This document shows, in pieces, positions 11,810 to 23,900 of a stretch of 64,000 bases of DNA (within the stretch, counting starts at the first letter, position 1; each line of letters opens with the position of its first letter). Made by a program: the position numbers and the translations under genes. This DNA comes from Adineta vaga (Eukaryota; Animalia; Rotifera). The notes under the pieces were generated by a model. That model did no database searches. It saw nothing but the letters and a program-made list of their open reading frames with translations, and was not told the origin of the DNA. The DNA is taken from contig CP075495.1 in the NCBI GenBank assembly GCA_021613535.1, forward strand, positions 992,001 to 1,056,000, read 5' to 3'.

Positions 11810-13084
11810 ATGAATTCATCAACGATTCCACGTATACGTATTGATTATCCAAATCTCTATCCCTGTGGAACGATAATTAGCAAACAAATTCATGAAGAAG
11901 ATGATCTAAATTTAGTTTATTTATGTTATGAAGAAACTGATGAACAAAAAAATCTCTTTCGTAAATGGACTAATGAATTGTTACAAACCGATGGAAAAGA
12001 AAAAGTTAATATTATCCATGAACAATATCAAAAATTATTCCATTCTCGTCATTATAGTTCACGTTTTTTTGATTTGCATGGTCGAGAATTTCAAAATTTT
12101 GCACTGAATTTAACCAATTACATGACTCAATCCGAATGGCGTCAGTTAAGTCTATCAAAAAATCATGCTGATCATCGACTTCTTCGTAGTCGCATCTATG
12201 CCATTGGTTCTCGTGATGATATTAATTGGAATGGGCAATCAATTGAGAATTCAAACGAAAGGAAAATAAAGAAAATAGAAATGATTCAACATCTAAAATC
12301 TCTTCAACTCTTTGATTGGTTTGCTCCAAATTGTCAACAAGAAACGAATGTATCAGAAATATGTCATGATCTACAAATACAAGTCATTCGACAAGGTACA
12401 CAAGAAGTAGTAGAAGAATTGTATGCGAATATAGAAGATAAATCGAAATTAATTGCATGGGTAAATTTTGCATCTAGTCATAATGTTTGTGGAAGTTATA
12501 GTGTCGATTTTGGTGGATCTCAAGAAGAAGAAGTTGCAACGAATTGTGATGGTGCTGTTCTATTAGGTACAATGGGTCAATTTGTTGAGATGGGATTAAA
12601 ATCTTGGATACGTGGAAGATGGGTAGCATATCGGCAAGGTATGCATATTCCTCCTGGTGGAAATTATTGGGCAATGACAAGATTTGTTACTGGACCAATT
12701 CATGCAGAATGTGGAATGATTGCAACAGCATTTGCAGATTTTCGTCCTTATTTTCCAATATTTTATCCTTATACGGAACGAAGTTATTTCTATTCAATGA
12801 TTGGACATGTGAAAAATCAAGAAGAATTAGAACAAAGATGTTTAATTGATATTGAAGGTGTATTGAAAACATGTTTAGTAAAACAAGTTCATACATTAGT
12901 AACAGGTGCAAGTGGTTGTGGAGCATTTCGTCATAATCCATATATTGAAGCAAAACTATGGAGAAAATGTTTAGAGAAAAAAGAATATCGAAATGGATCA
13001 TTGAAACAAGTCATTTTTGCTATATTAGATAGAGAAAATAGTGAGAATTGGATTGCTTTTCGAAATGAATTTATAATAAATTAA
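11810..13084 (+). CDS. Microbial-type poly(ADP-ribose) glycohydrolase (DUF2263/TIGR02452-like macrodomain), intronless
   Basis: VNFAS...CGSY...GGSQEEE catalytic-loop motif, LVTGASGCGAFRHNP diphosphate-binding loop and C-terminal VIFAILD...AF. First ATG is at 11810. Confidence 0.8.
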   Translation: MNSSTIPRIRIDYPNLYPCGTIISKQIHEEDDLNLVYLCYEETDEQKNLFRKWTNELLQTDGKEKVNIIHEQYQKLFHSRHYSSRFFDLHGREFQNFALNLTNYMTQSEWRQLSLSKNHADHRLLRSRIYAIGSRDDINWNGQSIENSNERKIKKIEMIQHLKSLQLFDWFAPNCQQETNVSEICHDLQIQVIRQGTQEVVEELYANIEDKSKLIAWVNFASSHNVCGSYSVDFGGSQEEEVATNCDGAVLLGTMGQFVEMGLKSWIRGRWVAYRQGMHIPPGGNYWAMTRFVTGPIHAECGMIATAFADFRPYFPIFYPYTERSYFYSMIGHVKNQEELEQRCLIDIEGVLKTCLVKQVHTLVTGASGCGAFRHNPYIEAKLWRKCLEKKEYRNGSLKQVIFAILDRENSENWIAFRNEFIIN

Positions 13085-13327
13085 GTTTGATATAACAAAG
13101 TTGTCGTTAGAAAGAAAGAAATAAATAAAAAACATGGTAATGTTGATAAGAAGATATTATGTGTCATGGCTTTCAACTACGAGAATTCATGAGTCAAGAA
13201 ATCTGTAATGATAGTCACTGATATACTTATTGGAGTATGTTGTTTTTTTTTCTTCTTTTCTTTTCGTCATTAGAACAGTATAAAAACGTGTCTCACATAT
13301 TGCACGATTCTACAATATTGACGTACA

Positions 13328-13999
13328 ATGCTTCTTATTTCTATCTTTATTTTATTCTCCTCGATACAAGGTCATGTTACTCTGGATTTTTCTTGCAATT
13401 TTGAAGATGAAACGATGTGCGCAATGCAGAATAGCATTTGGTTTGATCCTCAACTTCCACTTCATAATTTTACCATTGTCACCGGAGAAAATGTCCCTGA
13501 TAAAGCACTAGCACCAACTACAGATCATACCTACAATACTAGTTCAGGTCATTATGCTTACTGGCATCAACCATTGAATTCTCTGCATACCGACATGGAC
13601 GGATGTTTAAGTACACCAATATTCGAGTTACAAAAACAGTCGTGTTTGACTTTCGCCTATTATATTAAATCGCTTAATAACGTTCGCAATGGAACATTGT
13701 TGTTTATTCGTATCAAAGAAATTCACCAATCAACATTATGGTCCGTCAGAACAGATGATACTCTAGGTTGGCAGACCGATGAAGTGCCACTCATCAGTCA
13801 TTCGGGTAATGTTACAATTTGGTTCACTATCATGGCAGATCTTGGAAATAGTGTTTCTGTTGCACTTGATGATATTAATGTCGACATTTGTGCAAGATAT
13901 AGAACAACGACTACTCCTATACCTACCGGTTACTCTACACGACTTGTAATAAATACTTTTCTATTAATAATCGTTTTACTTTTGTTTATTATGAATTAA
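13328..13999 (+). CDS. MAM-domain cell-surface protein
   Basis: Signal peptide, CNFED..C, PTTDHT...GHY, CLTFAYY, GWQ and VALDDI.V motifs, Thr-rich stalk, hydrophobic C-terminus (TM or GPI signal). Confidence 0.85.
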   Translation: MLLISIFILFSSIQGHVTLDFSCNFEDETMCAMQNSIWFDPQLPLHNFTIVTGENVPDKALAPTTDHTYNTSSGHYAYWHQPLNSLHTDMDGCLSTPIFELQKQSCLTFAYYIKSLNNVRNGTLLFIRIKEIHQSTLWSVRTDDTLGWQTDEVPLISHSGNVTIWFTIMADLGNSVSVALDDINVDICARYRTTTTPIPTGYSTRLVINTFLLIIVLLLFIMN

Positions 14000-14097
14000 T
14001 AGTAATTGAAAAATGAATTTTTTTCTAATGAAAATAAAACAAAGAAAAAAAGATTCAATTAATTGATTAAAAAAATCCTTCTAAAGTATTACGTTCT

Positions 14098-15075
14098 TTA
14101 TAGTTGTGCGTCAATAAGTGATCGATAGTAAGAAACTCGTGTAAAAACTGAACTACCATCACAATCTACTGGTCCGTAACTGACGATTCCAGTCACTGTC
14201 CATGCATTGTTCACATTAGTCATGATAGGTCCTCCACTATCACCATTACAACTACCAGTTTCACCAAAACCAGCACAAAACTTATGAGCAATATCAGAGC
14301 GTACATCACAACTAGATGATGTATTTTGTATTTGAAGAACAACTTGTTGTAATGTACTCTGTTCAGTAACGGGAGTTGTGGCCGAAGTTTTTCCCCATCC
14401 AACCAACATGCCCTTTTCACCGTTCGTTGGTATGGAGTTATTTGCAGGTGGTAAGCAAGCAAGACTAACACTACCTGTTCCAGTAAAATCTGATGCTAAT
14501 GTTAAAACAGCAACATCATAATCGAAGCCCGTTGCAGTATAACTAGGATGATACCATATTTTAGAAACAGATCGACTTTGACCACTTGACTTATCTGCAA
14601 GTTTATGTAAGCCAGCATAGACAGTCAGAACACTTGCTGATATATCATTGACACAATGAGCTGCAGTTAATACATGTCTATAGGTGATAAGTGAGCCACC
14701 ACATGAGAAACCACCATTTCTATAAAGAGCAACAGTCCATGGCCAACTTTTTGGTGTTGCAGCAACTCCATTGATGACTCGTGCTAATGTCGAACTGATA
14801 CTAACTGATGAACAGCCACAAGTAGAACATGGAGCGCTTGTATCTGTCCCCGAACCTGAACCACTCGATGAATCCGAACTATTTAATCCAAGTCCAAGTC
14901 CTAAACCAAGTGCAATGCCTACAATAGCCAAAATTACGACGAAAACAGACACAACAATACAGATAACACAACATATCCATGTGCCTGTTGATGTATTCGA
15001 AGCATTCGGTTGATATACAATGCGATTAGGTCTTGGTGCAGTGACAAAACGGGGCATTCGTGCTGCATCTCTCAT
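14098..15075 (-). CDS. Type II transmembrane S1 (trypsin-fold) serine protease
   Basis: N-terminal TM, R-VING activation site, triad motifs LTAAHC, DVAVL and GDSGGP. Confidence 0.92.
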   Translation of the reverse strand: MRDAARMPRFVTAPRPNRIVYQPNASNTSTGTWICCVICIVVSVFVVILAIVGIALGLGLGLGLNSSDSSSGSGSGTDTSAPCSTCGCSSVSISSTLARVINGVAATPKSWPWTVALYRNGGFSCGGSLITYRHVLTAAHCVNDISASVLTVYAGLHKLADKSSGQSRSVSKIWYHPSYTATGFDYDVAVLTLASDFTGTGSVSLACLPPANNSIPTNGEKGMLVGWGKTSATTPVTEQSTLQQVVLQIQNTSSSCDVRSDIAHKFCAGFGETGSCNGDSGGPIMTNVNNAWTVTGIVSYGPVDCDGSSVFTRVSYYRSLIDAQL

Positions 15076-15722
15076 CTTGAATTAAGTCTCGCGTAACGTC
15101 TGTATCTACACAGTAACTATTATATTTGAAAAAAGCACTGTTTTTATGCATCGAGAATGTTCAAGGAAGTAGAAAATAGTGTAGGTATTTCCCATGTTGT
15201 ACATATATATTTTGTTTACATTATGTGTTATTAAGCCATGCCTTTGCAATAATCAAAAACATCCATTCATAATTTTTTCCAAGTATATCTTATTTATTTC
15301 ATAATACGAAAACGAAAGGTTTGACATTTATTCGTTCTTTTCATCTAACACTCCTTATTATCTACATGAATCAGACAGAACGCAATTGTAATAAGCATAT
15401 GCGTACAAATGAGCAAGAGTATAGAAGTGAATCATATGTATTTTTCATCTGTAATATCAGATTTCGCTCTATATGGCCATTGACATAAAAATAACTTGTC
15501 AATCATGTTTTGTGTTCACACCCACGTGAAAGATAAAGTTACATAGCATTCAAATTTCATCCTTCAATCGTTTAAATCAAATATTTATCGGTTCGTATAG
15601 TAGAAGTATAGATTTATTGATTTAAGATAATATTCTCTTGAATTATTCATTTAATCTGATGATAAAAATGCGTTTTCAGTCATTACATTTTGTGAAGAGT
15701 TGTTTTACGTTGGACACGAATA

Positions 15723-16362
15723 ATGGCTTTAAATAAACGAATTATAGCAATTGCAAGTGGTGGTATTATGGCTATTGCTTGTCTATTTTATATTATTAGT
15801 AATGCATTACCATCATGGTATGTATAGAAGATGTAAATATATCAATCAATCGATATTAAACAGATACTTTTCTTTTAGGTCTATAAAAGAATATAATTTA
15901 GCAGATATTGCTCTTTCAAATAATGGCGTAGAATCCAAATTAGTCGAATCGACTATTGGCTTATGGCGCTTATGTACAACGGCTTTTGGACCTCGAAAAT
16001 GTGAAGATCAAATCTCATCTTGTTCGTTATTTGAAGGCGAAGTAGCTAGTGCATGCCACAAAATGCTAGCAGCTCGAGTATTCATCACTCTCGCATGTAT
16101 TTTCTCAGCTATTTCTGCAATATGTCTCGTTGCATGTGCAATCGAAGCAATAAATAAAAATCCAATGATTGTAATGGTAGTTAAAATTCTTCCAATTATT
16201 TGCTTTGTAATGGGTATCATCGGTCTTGCATTAGGTATTTCGTATACTACTTTTACTGGATCTATTTCAATGAAAGTATCACTTGGTGCTGGAGCAATAC
16301 TCGTAATTATAGCTGTTATTATCAATTTAATTGGTGCTATTTTAGCACTTGTAATTCGTTGA
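15723..16362 (+). CDS. Claudin/PMP22-like tetraspan protein, two exons
   Basis: ATG 15723 (MALNKRII...LPSW), intron 15818-15878, W...GLWRLC...C signature and four TM segments. Confidence 0.8.
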
Positions 16363-16894
16363 TTGACCAAACTGAATATCTGATAAAATATTTTTGTAAA
16401 AGGGAAATAAATGATATCTGTTTGAACAATTTCGAGAAAATTCTTAGAAACAGATTGAAGAAAATATCAATATGACGATAAATTAAGCAAATCTTTATTT
16501 TTCTTTTCGAAATAAAAATGAAACAAAACAATATTCAAAGAACTTATCATATGAATTGTTTTGAGTTGATTTATCCGTTGTAATATAAATTTTATTTCAT
16601 ATTAAAAGCAATCTCGTAGAGAATTATCATGATTAATCCTGAATTATATTGGACTATCTTTTAGACTGGTTTTTCTTACATTCGACTCTTGGAGAATTGT
16701 AAAATGAAGTGATGAATTCAGAATATTCTTGTTACAGATAATAAGCAAACAGATCAATGAGAAAGTGGACAAATAAATAAAAACGGTAAAACTAAAGAAT
16801 CAGCTGTACATTTTAAAGATCATTCGAACGTCAACACATTGATCATTATAATGAGAATTATCGAAATACAGTTACATTAATCATATCAATACAT

Positions 16895-18119
16895 TCACTG
16901 ATAATTCTGCGTCATGGGCAATACTCGGTTACGTCTTCGTCTGTATCTTTTAAGACACAATGCAATGACCGCAACGATTCGTGGAACAACTAATTTTAGA
17001 ACAGTTATCAAACCACCGATCAATCCAATAATTGTTGTTACAATATAAATCACACTATTCTTTGTTTCATGTCTATAACTACACTGCGATGGTCTACATT
17101 CATTATAATAATTCTCATAAATCCTCATAGAAATCCATTTTTCAACCATTAATTTGTTAAGAACATTTTCAATTGTTGAATTTATGATAAAATCAATCAA
17201 TAAAGATTCATCAAGTGCTGTGATATTCAATGGTGGAGATAAAACAGTAAATGACTGCAGTTGGTCGATACATGATTGATTATAGAAACATCGAAGATCA
17301 GACTGAAGTAATGCTTCAACGATGAAACATCCGATCTTCATAGCAGGTACGGAAAATAAACTTGTTGTATTAGGATAATTATAGAAGTGAAATTGAGCGA
17401 CACATTTAGCTGAAGCAAAGCATGAACAACCGTCATACATGTGTGGTTCTGCATGAATCTCCAAAGAATTATCGGCATAACGAAAATAATTTGTAAGTTG
17501 TCCCGATAATAAAGCATTACTTTGAGTCATTTGTCGAATAGACAAAAGTGATAACAAAAACATCATTGATTGTTGATGATATGAATTGACTAATGATGGA
17601 TTCAATTTGAAGTTGAAATGTTTGAAAAGATTGAACAGATGAACTGACATATTGAGTAGAGAAGAATGTATTCAAACGATTATCAATGGTTTGATTGACT
17701 AGATCACAAAATGTACTTGTCCATCGAAAATCATCGCTAAAGAAAAAACCATTACCATTAGATGAAAGGATATAATCAATCCAATCTTGCGAGATAAAAA
17801 TACTGTTGCAAATTTGATGTAATACGTATCGAATACGAATGAATTTGCCATAGTTGATCGATATTTGTGTAGAATCACATGTTAATGTTTGAGAATATGA
17901 TGACTACAAATTAGTGTATTCGATAATTGATGTTGAATTGACATTGACAGTTTGTGTGATGTTGATCAATGAAGTGTAGAGAATGAGGAATACTCGTGTT
18001 GAGATACGTTGATTTTTAAGTTCATGTTCATCATTGGTATGCGGAATTGATGGAAACAGATTTAAATTGATAAGTGTAACTGTCAGTTTCTCCCACAACT
18101 GATTGACATATATAAGCAT
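16895..18119 (-). pseudogene. Single-unit homologue of the three-repeat membrane protein at 20943-24713, disrupted
   Basis: Shares NLFPSIP..EHEL.NQRISTR, LTC, HQIC, DFRWT, GC...EALLQS.L.CFYNQ.C and C.P..C.Y...IIGLIGGLITVLK. Has a TM1 deletion, a stop at 17904-17906 and a frameshift near 17560. Confidence 0.85.
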
Positions 18120-20029
18120 TTTTTACCGCTGAAACTGGAAAACTAAATGATGTGTTTATTACAGTAATGAAAACAATGAGTGTTTCCCTTGTTATTGATA
18201 GAATAGCTTGAGAATGTATATGTTATATTCTATATGCACGATAGATGCTGGCGGTATTTGCTGCGCACTTTCTTCCTTGACCTGTACATTCATTACTAAA
18301 TTTGTTGTTATTCAAGAAGAAACTTTGTAAGCGTCAAGAAAAGAAAGATATTTTCAGAGATATTTCAAGGAAAACGTTAGAAAGAACAATAGAACGCTCT
18401 TTAATTAAATCTTAGTAAATAAATATATGACAGAAGAGTTCAAAATTCAACTACTATACATAGAATAGAACAATAAAGGGTGAGAGAGTATTTGAATATG
18501 TTTTTCCATGGTTTATCACAGAGAATGATAATTTAATCCGTTCATAGCTTTCACTAAATACATCTTCTTTTATTTTGAGGATAAACAACTCATTTATCAA
18601 TCAATATTCATATCTATGACTATATGAGAAAAATACTTGATCATATTTGATCTGAAAAAGAAACGTCGACTGAAAGATATTTTGTCGATTTCTTTGTATA
18701 ATCTTTTCTTTTATGAACAAAATAATAAACATTAAAAAAAAAGGACCATAATTACATACCTCAAATAATCTTATTCATCGTTAGTCGATAAAGAATTTGT
18801 TTTGTTCTCAAATGCTAAATAAGAATTGAGAAAATATCACACTACTTATATACATCTATATGTTGTTAAAACAAGTTTTGTTTATTTTTTGGAAAAAAAA
18901 GCCCGTCTAGTTTGTTGTTCATCGAAGAGTATCTTTGTTTCTTGAAGCATTCATGCAAGGTTTTGTTTCAATATTTACTTTCCAAAAATACAATTTGAGA
19001 ACGCTTCTATTCGATTGCAATAGTGATGAATATGTTCAATACTAATATCGATATGAAATTAAAATTTAGTTGGATATCTTGCGTTTAGATGTGAATCTAT
19101 AGATGAAATCTTAACTTATCTCACAAATTTTAATAGAAGATTGAAAGGTATGTTCATTATCATAAGTGTATCTTTGCAATTTCCTCTCAAAGTTGAGGGC
19201 ATGGGTGTTCGTGTGCCTCTCGATGACGGATCCATAGCCCGCCGTTCATCAATGTTTTTTCGTCCGTTGACCTAACACAAACAAACAAACAAATAACTGT
19301 TGGTATGGTGAACGACAAAAATTCAAATAAATTCGATATTATGATTCAAAATGAATCTGGAGGCTGCTCTTTTAAATTATCAAATCAGAGGAAAAAAAAC
19401 TTTCAATTACGAAAAGTATTTCTTTGACGTCACTCTTTCATAATAATTAGTGTCTTTTTATTTTTTAGTTTCATCAAGTAGAAATTATAAATATCCTCAC
19501 TGAGCTTTACATAGAGTAAGTATTTATATGAACATTGTTCTCTTTCTTCTTGAGAAAAGTCTTACAAGAATAAACTATTTAATTGTTTGTCTGTCTATAC
19601 TTCTAGGTTAGATTTTGAAAACTCTATCAAATGAATTGTTTGGAAACAAGAGAATAATGTAACTCATACCCTCCAAATGGTTATTCATTTATGTTTTTCA
19701 TATATTGAAATCTTGTTAGAAAATGAATAAATATAAATGATGAACTATTCATCTAAATTGAGATTATAACACGAAAACTTAAATATTCACAATGGAATCC
19801 AAAATAATGTTCTTTACAAAAACAAGAATATTCATGTAAATCAATTCGATCATCTGTTGGAATACATATAAACCTTCATTTTGATAGGAATTATTTGATT
19901 TCGTTATGTAACTCATTTTTTTACCAGAGAAATTATCTAAAAGCATTTCAAAGGAAAAAACTTTGTTAATTTACATGATGATAACCTAGTTAATAAGAGT
20001 CAATGTATAAAAAAGGAATTTCTGTACAC

Positions 20030-20063
<34 letters not shown>

Positions 20064-20349
20064 ACCATAATACTTTGATTATAGCGATTACTCGATATAA
20101 CAAATTAATAAATGAAAATCGAAAAAGAACTGTTCAATAAAAATGATTATTTTGATAAGTATAAATACCAAAGCTAATTTGATTCATTATATGAATTACG
20201 CTATAGAAATATTGTTGACATATTTCAATTTGAGCGTTTCAAATACATAATAAGGGTATAATAGAAGTTTTGTATCGATGTTATATTCAATAAATAGAAA
20301 GAGAATAAATATTTTAGTCGAAGTGAATTATTACACTATTGATAGAAAA

Positions 20350-20720
20350 TTCACATCTAAGAGAAAGAAGAAAGAGAGTGTGAGATATTTTGTTTGAAAT
20401 ATTTTAAACTTATACAATAATTGTGATCGAGTCAATGGATTTGATTGAGACTAAGAAAAAAAGCCGATTATTTATTAGAATGAAATTAAGAAAAAGAAAT
20501 TACTTCGGCAATTCCAACAGCGTTGTTAGGCATATTCTTTTGTTTAATCTCAATGAAAGATTATGATAATAGTTGTAACATATAGAATTTCTAAAAGTAT
20601 CGAATATACAATAAAAATCTTAATATTTCTATCGCAAAAATTTTGTTCATATTATGCATTTTATTTTCTAAAGATAAGATAAAATCAAATGAACTAACAG
20701 ATGTTATGTTTTTCTCTTTA
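20350..20720 (-). pseudogene. Second relic of the Kelch gene 5' region (exons 1-2, introns, upstream DNA); direct repeat of 26020-26330
   Basis: 20352-20560 closely matches 26022-26232 (e.g. atacaataattgtgatcgagtcaa.ggatttgattgagactaagaaaaaaagccgattatt). Weaker similarity continues to about 20720. Confidence 0.85.
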
Positions 20721-20942
20721 TAAATTCAAAAGATTTGAAGAGAAAACCTAACAATGAAGTTTTTTTTCTTTCCGTTAGAAAATATATTTGTGTTGATTCC
20801 ATATGTCTAAATCGAACTGATATAAAATCGTGAACATAAAGAGAGAATTATATTGAGAAAAATTTTCTTTTTTAGATTCAAATATTCATTATCAATGATA
20901 AATTGTAATTGATAAACGTAAGTCATTTAATTTATAGTAAAA

Positions 20943-23900
20943 ATGAATCTTCAACGTATTCGAAGATTATCAAAAGAATTAGGAGAAGTGATAAAAAAAC
21001 AAAATCTATTCAAATCATATCCATTAACAACCAATGAACATGATCTTCAAAATGAACGTATATCAACCCGAATTTTTCTCATTCTTTTAATTTTCTCATT
21101 AATTATTCTTCTTCTTTATCATTCACTTATAAATATCAACAAAACAGAGATTAAAAAACAACCAACTTATCAACAATATCAAAATTTAAATTTATTTTAT
21201 TCAGAAACATTAACATGTCCATGTAAAACTATTCTTATCAATTATAAAGATATTCTGGAAATCAATTATACATTTCATCAAATATGTTCATCAGATTTTA
21301 TTAAACAAAATTGGTTTAATTATCTTATTAATTCATATGATAAAAATAAAACATTTGATCGTGATTTTCGATGGACTGGTTCATTTATATTTCAAGGATT
21401 AAATTCTCTATGTGAAATAATTAATCAAACATTTAAGGATAGTTATTCGAAATTCTTAACAAATCAATATATTAGTACAACAATAATACCATTAACATCT
21501 TTTCAATCACAAATACAAAGTTTTATTCAACAATTTCGATTAACAACAACATATGATTTTCTTCATTCCTTTAATTTAATTCGTAGTACAACTTATATCA
21601 ATTCATTTTATTCGGAACGAAAAACAAATTCTCGACCGAGAACAATATTTTCCTTTAGCGCACTTCTGCCAGTATATCCATCGACTTATTCTAAATGTAG
21701 TTGTGATATATCTTCAAAATGTTCATCACCTAGTTCATTCTATAATAATTCTGATACAAAACCATTATTTACAATTCCTGGTCTTTATCAAGGATGTTAT
21801 ATCATTGAAGGACTTCTTCAATCAAATCTCGAATGTTTTTATAGCGAAAAATGTCTTACAGAATTAGAATTACATATAAAATCTTCATTTCCAATCAATT
21901 TAACTGCTCTATCTAGATTAAATAATAGTAATTATGATATTAATTCAACAATTGAACAACTTATAAATGAATTAATGATTGAACAATGGAATCCAATAAT
22001 AAAATATGAAAATTATTATAATAAATGTCAACCAATTGAATGTATTTATAGTTATCAAACAAAAAATGAAAAAGTTTATATAATTACATCGACAATTGGA
22101 CTTTTAGGTGGGTTAATAACAGTATTGAAAATAATTATACCTATCTTAGTGAAGTTTTTACGAAAGAAAAAACAAATATCATCATCAAAAGATAATCAGA
22201 AAGAAAAACGATCATGTTTAGATTTAATTCGCAAATTAATCAAATATATAAAGATAATAAATTTATTTGAATCAATTCCTCCAACAACCAATGAACATGA
22301 TCTTCAAAATGAACGTATATCAACCCGAGTTTTTATCATTTTCTTATTTCTATCATTAATTATTCTTCTTCTTTATCATTCACTTGATAATATCAACAAA
22401 ACAGAGATTAAAAAACAACCAACTTATCAACAATATAAAAATTTAAATTTATTTTATTCAGAAACATTAACATGTCCATGTAAAACTATTCTTATCAATT
22501 ATAAAGATATTCTGGAAATCAATTATACATTTCATCAAATATGTTCATCAGATTTTATTAAACAAAATTGGTTTAATTATCTTATTAATTCTGATAATGA
22601 ACATAATTTTTTCGGAAATGGTTTTCGACAAACACTTTCATATAAATTTCAAGGATTAAATTCTCTATGTGAAATAATTAATCAAACACTTAATGATAGT
22701 TATTCGAAATTCTTAACAAATCAATATATTAGTACAACAATAATACCATTAACATCTTTTCAATCACAAATACAAAGTTTTATTCGACAATTTCGATCAT
22801 CAATAAGAAATCATTTTCTTCGTCTACTTTATATGATAAGAAGTACAACTTATATCAATGGTTTACATCCAACACGAAGCGATGTATTTATATTTATGGT
22901 ATCTGCTAAAAACAATAAAATTTATACAAAATCCAGAGGTTTAACTGGATGTAATTGTGAAGTTTCATGGAAATGTGCTGCACCATTTACGATTTCAGAG
23001 AATGGATCTGTTTTGCCGGGTTTCTATCAAGGATGTTATATCATTGAAGGACTTCTTCAATCAAATCTCGAATGTTTTTATAATCAAACATGTATTACAG
23101 AACTCCAATTACATATAAAATCTTCATTTCCAATCGATTTAACTGCTCTATCTAGATTAAATAATAGTAATTATGATATTAATTCAACAATTGAACAACT
23201 CATAAATGAATTAATGATTGAACAATGGAATCCAATAATAAAATATGAAAATTATTATAATAAATGTCAACCAATTGAATGTATTTATAGTTATCAAACA
23301 AAAAATGAAAAAGTTTATATAATTACATCGACAATTGGACTTTTAGGTGGTTTAATAACTGTATTGAAAATAATTATACCTATTTTAGTGAAGTTTTTAC
23401 GAAAGAAAAAACAAAGAGAAATAGAAAACAATAATACACAATTGAATTCTTCATTATTAAGTAAATTAATTCATTTAATAAGAACATTTAATTTATTTCC
23501 ATCAATGCCTCCATCAATCAATGAACATGATCTACGAAATGAACGATTATCAACAAGAATATTTCTTATTTTATTACTTTTTTCTTTAGGAATTCTTTTT
23601 CTTTATAATATAATTCTTTTAACAATTAAAACCGAATCTAAATTAACACCAACTTATAAACAATATGAAGATTTATATTTAATCTATTCAAATACATTAA
23701 CATGTCCATGTAAAAATATCTTAATTGATTATAAAGATATTCTTCAAATCAATTATACATTACATCAAATATGTTCTTCTCATTTCATAAATGAATCTTG
23801 GATTAATTGGATAACTTATTCTTATTTACAAGAATTTATTCCATTACAAGATTTTCGTTTATCAGGTAAATATCTTTTTCAAGGTTTAAATTCTTTATGT

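Noticed and set aside
12474-13001. Overlapping ORFs inside the PARG gene (likewise inside the protease, claudin, NHL, GPCR and AChE genes)
   Set aside because: Alternative-frame or antisense shadows. Their recurrence in GPCR and NHL copies just reflects duplicated DNA.
18900-19700. GC-richer patch and exon-like splice signals in the long intergenic region
   Set aside because: I could not build a coherent reading frame or find terminal repeats. It may be an old relic but is unsupported.
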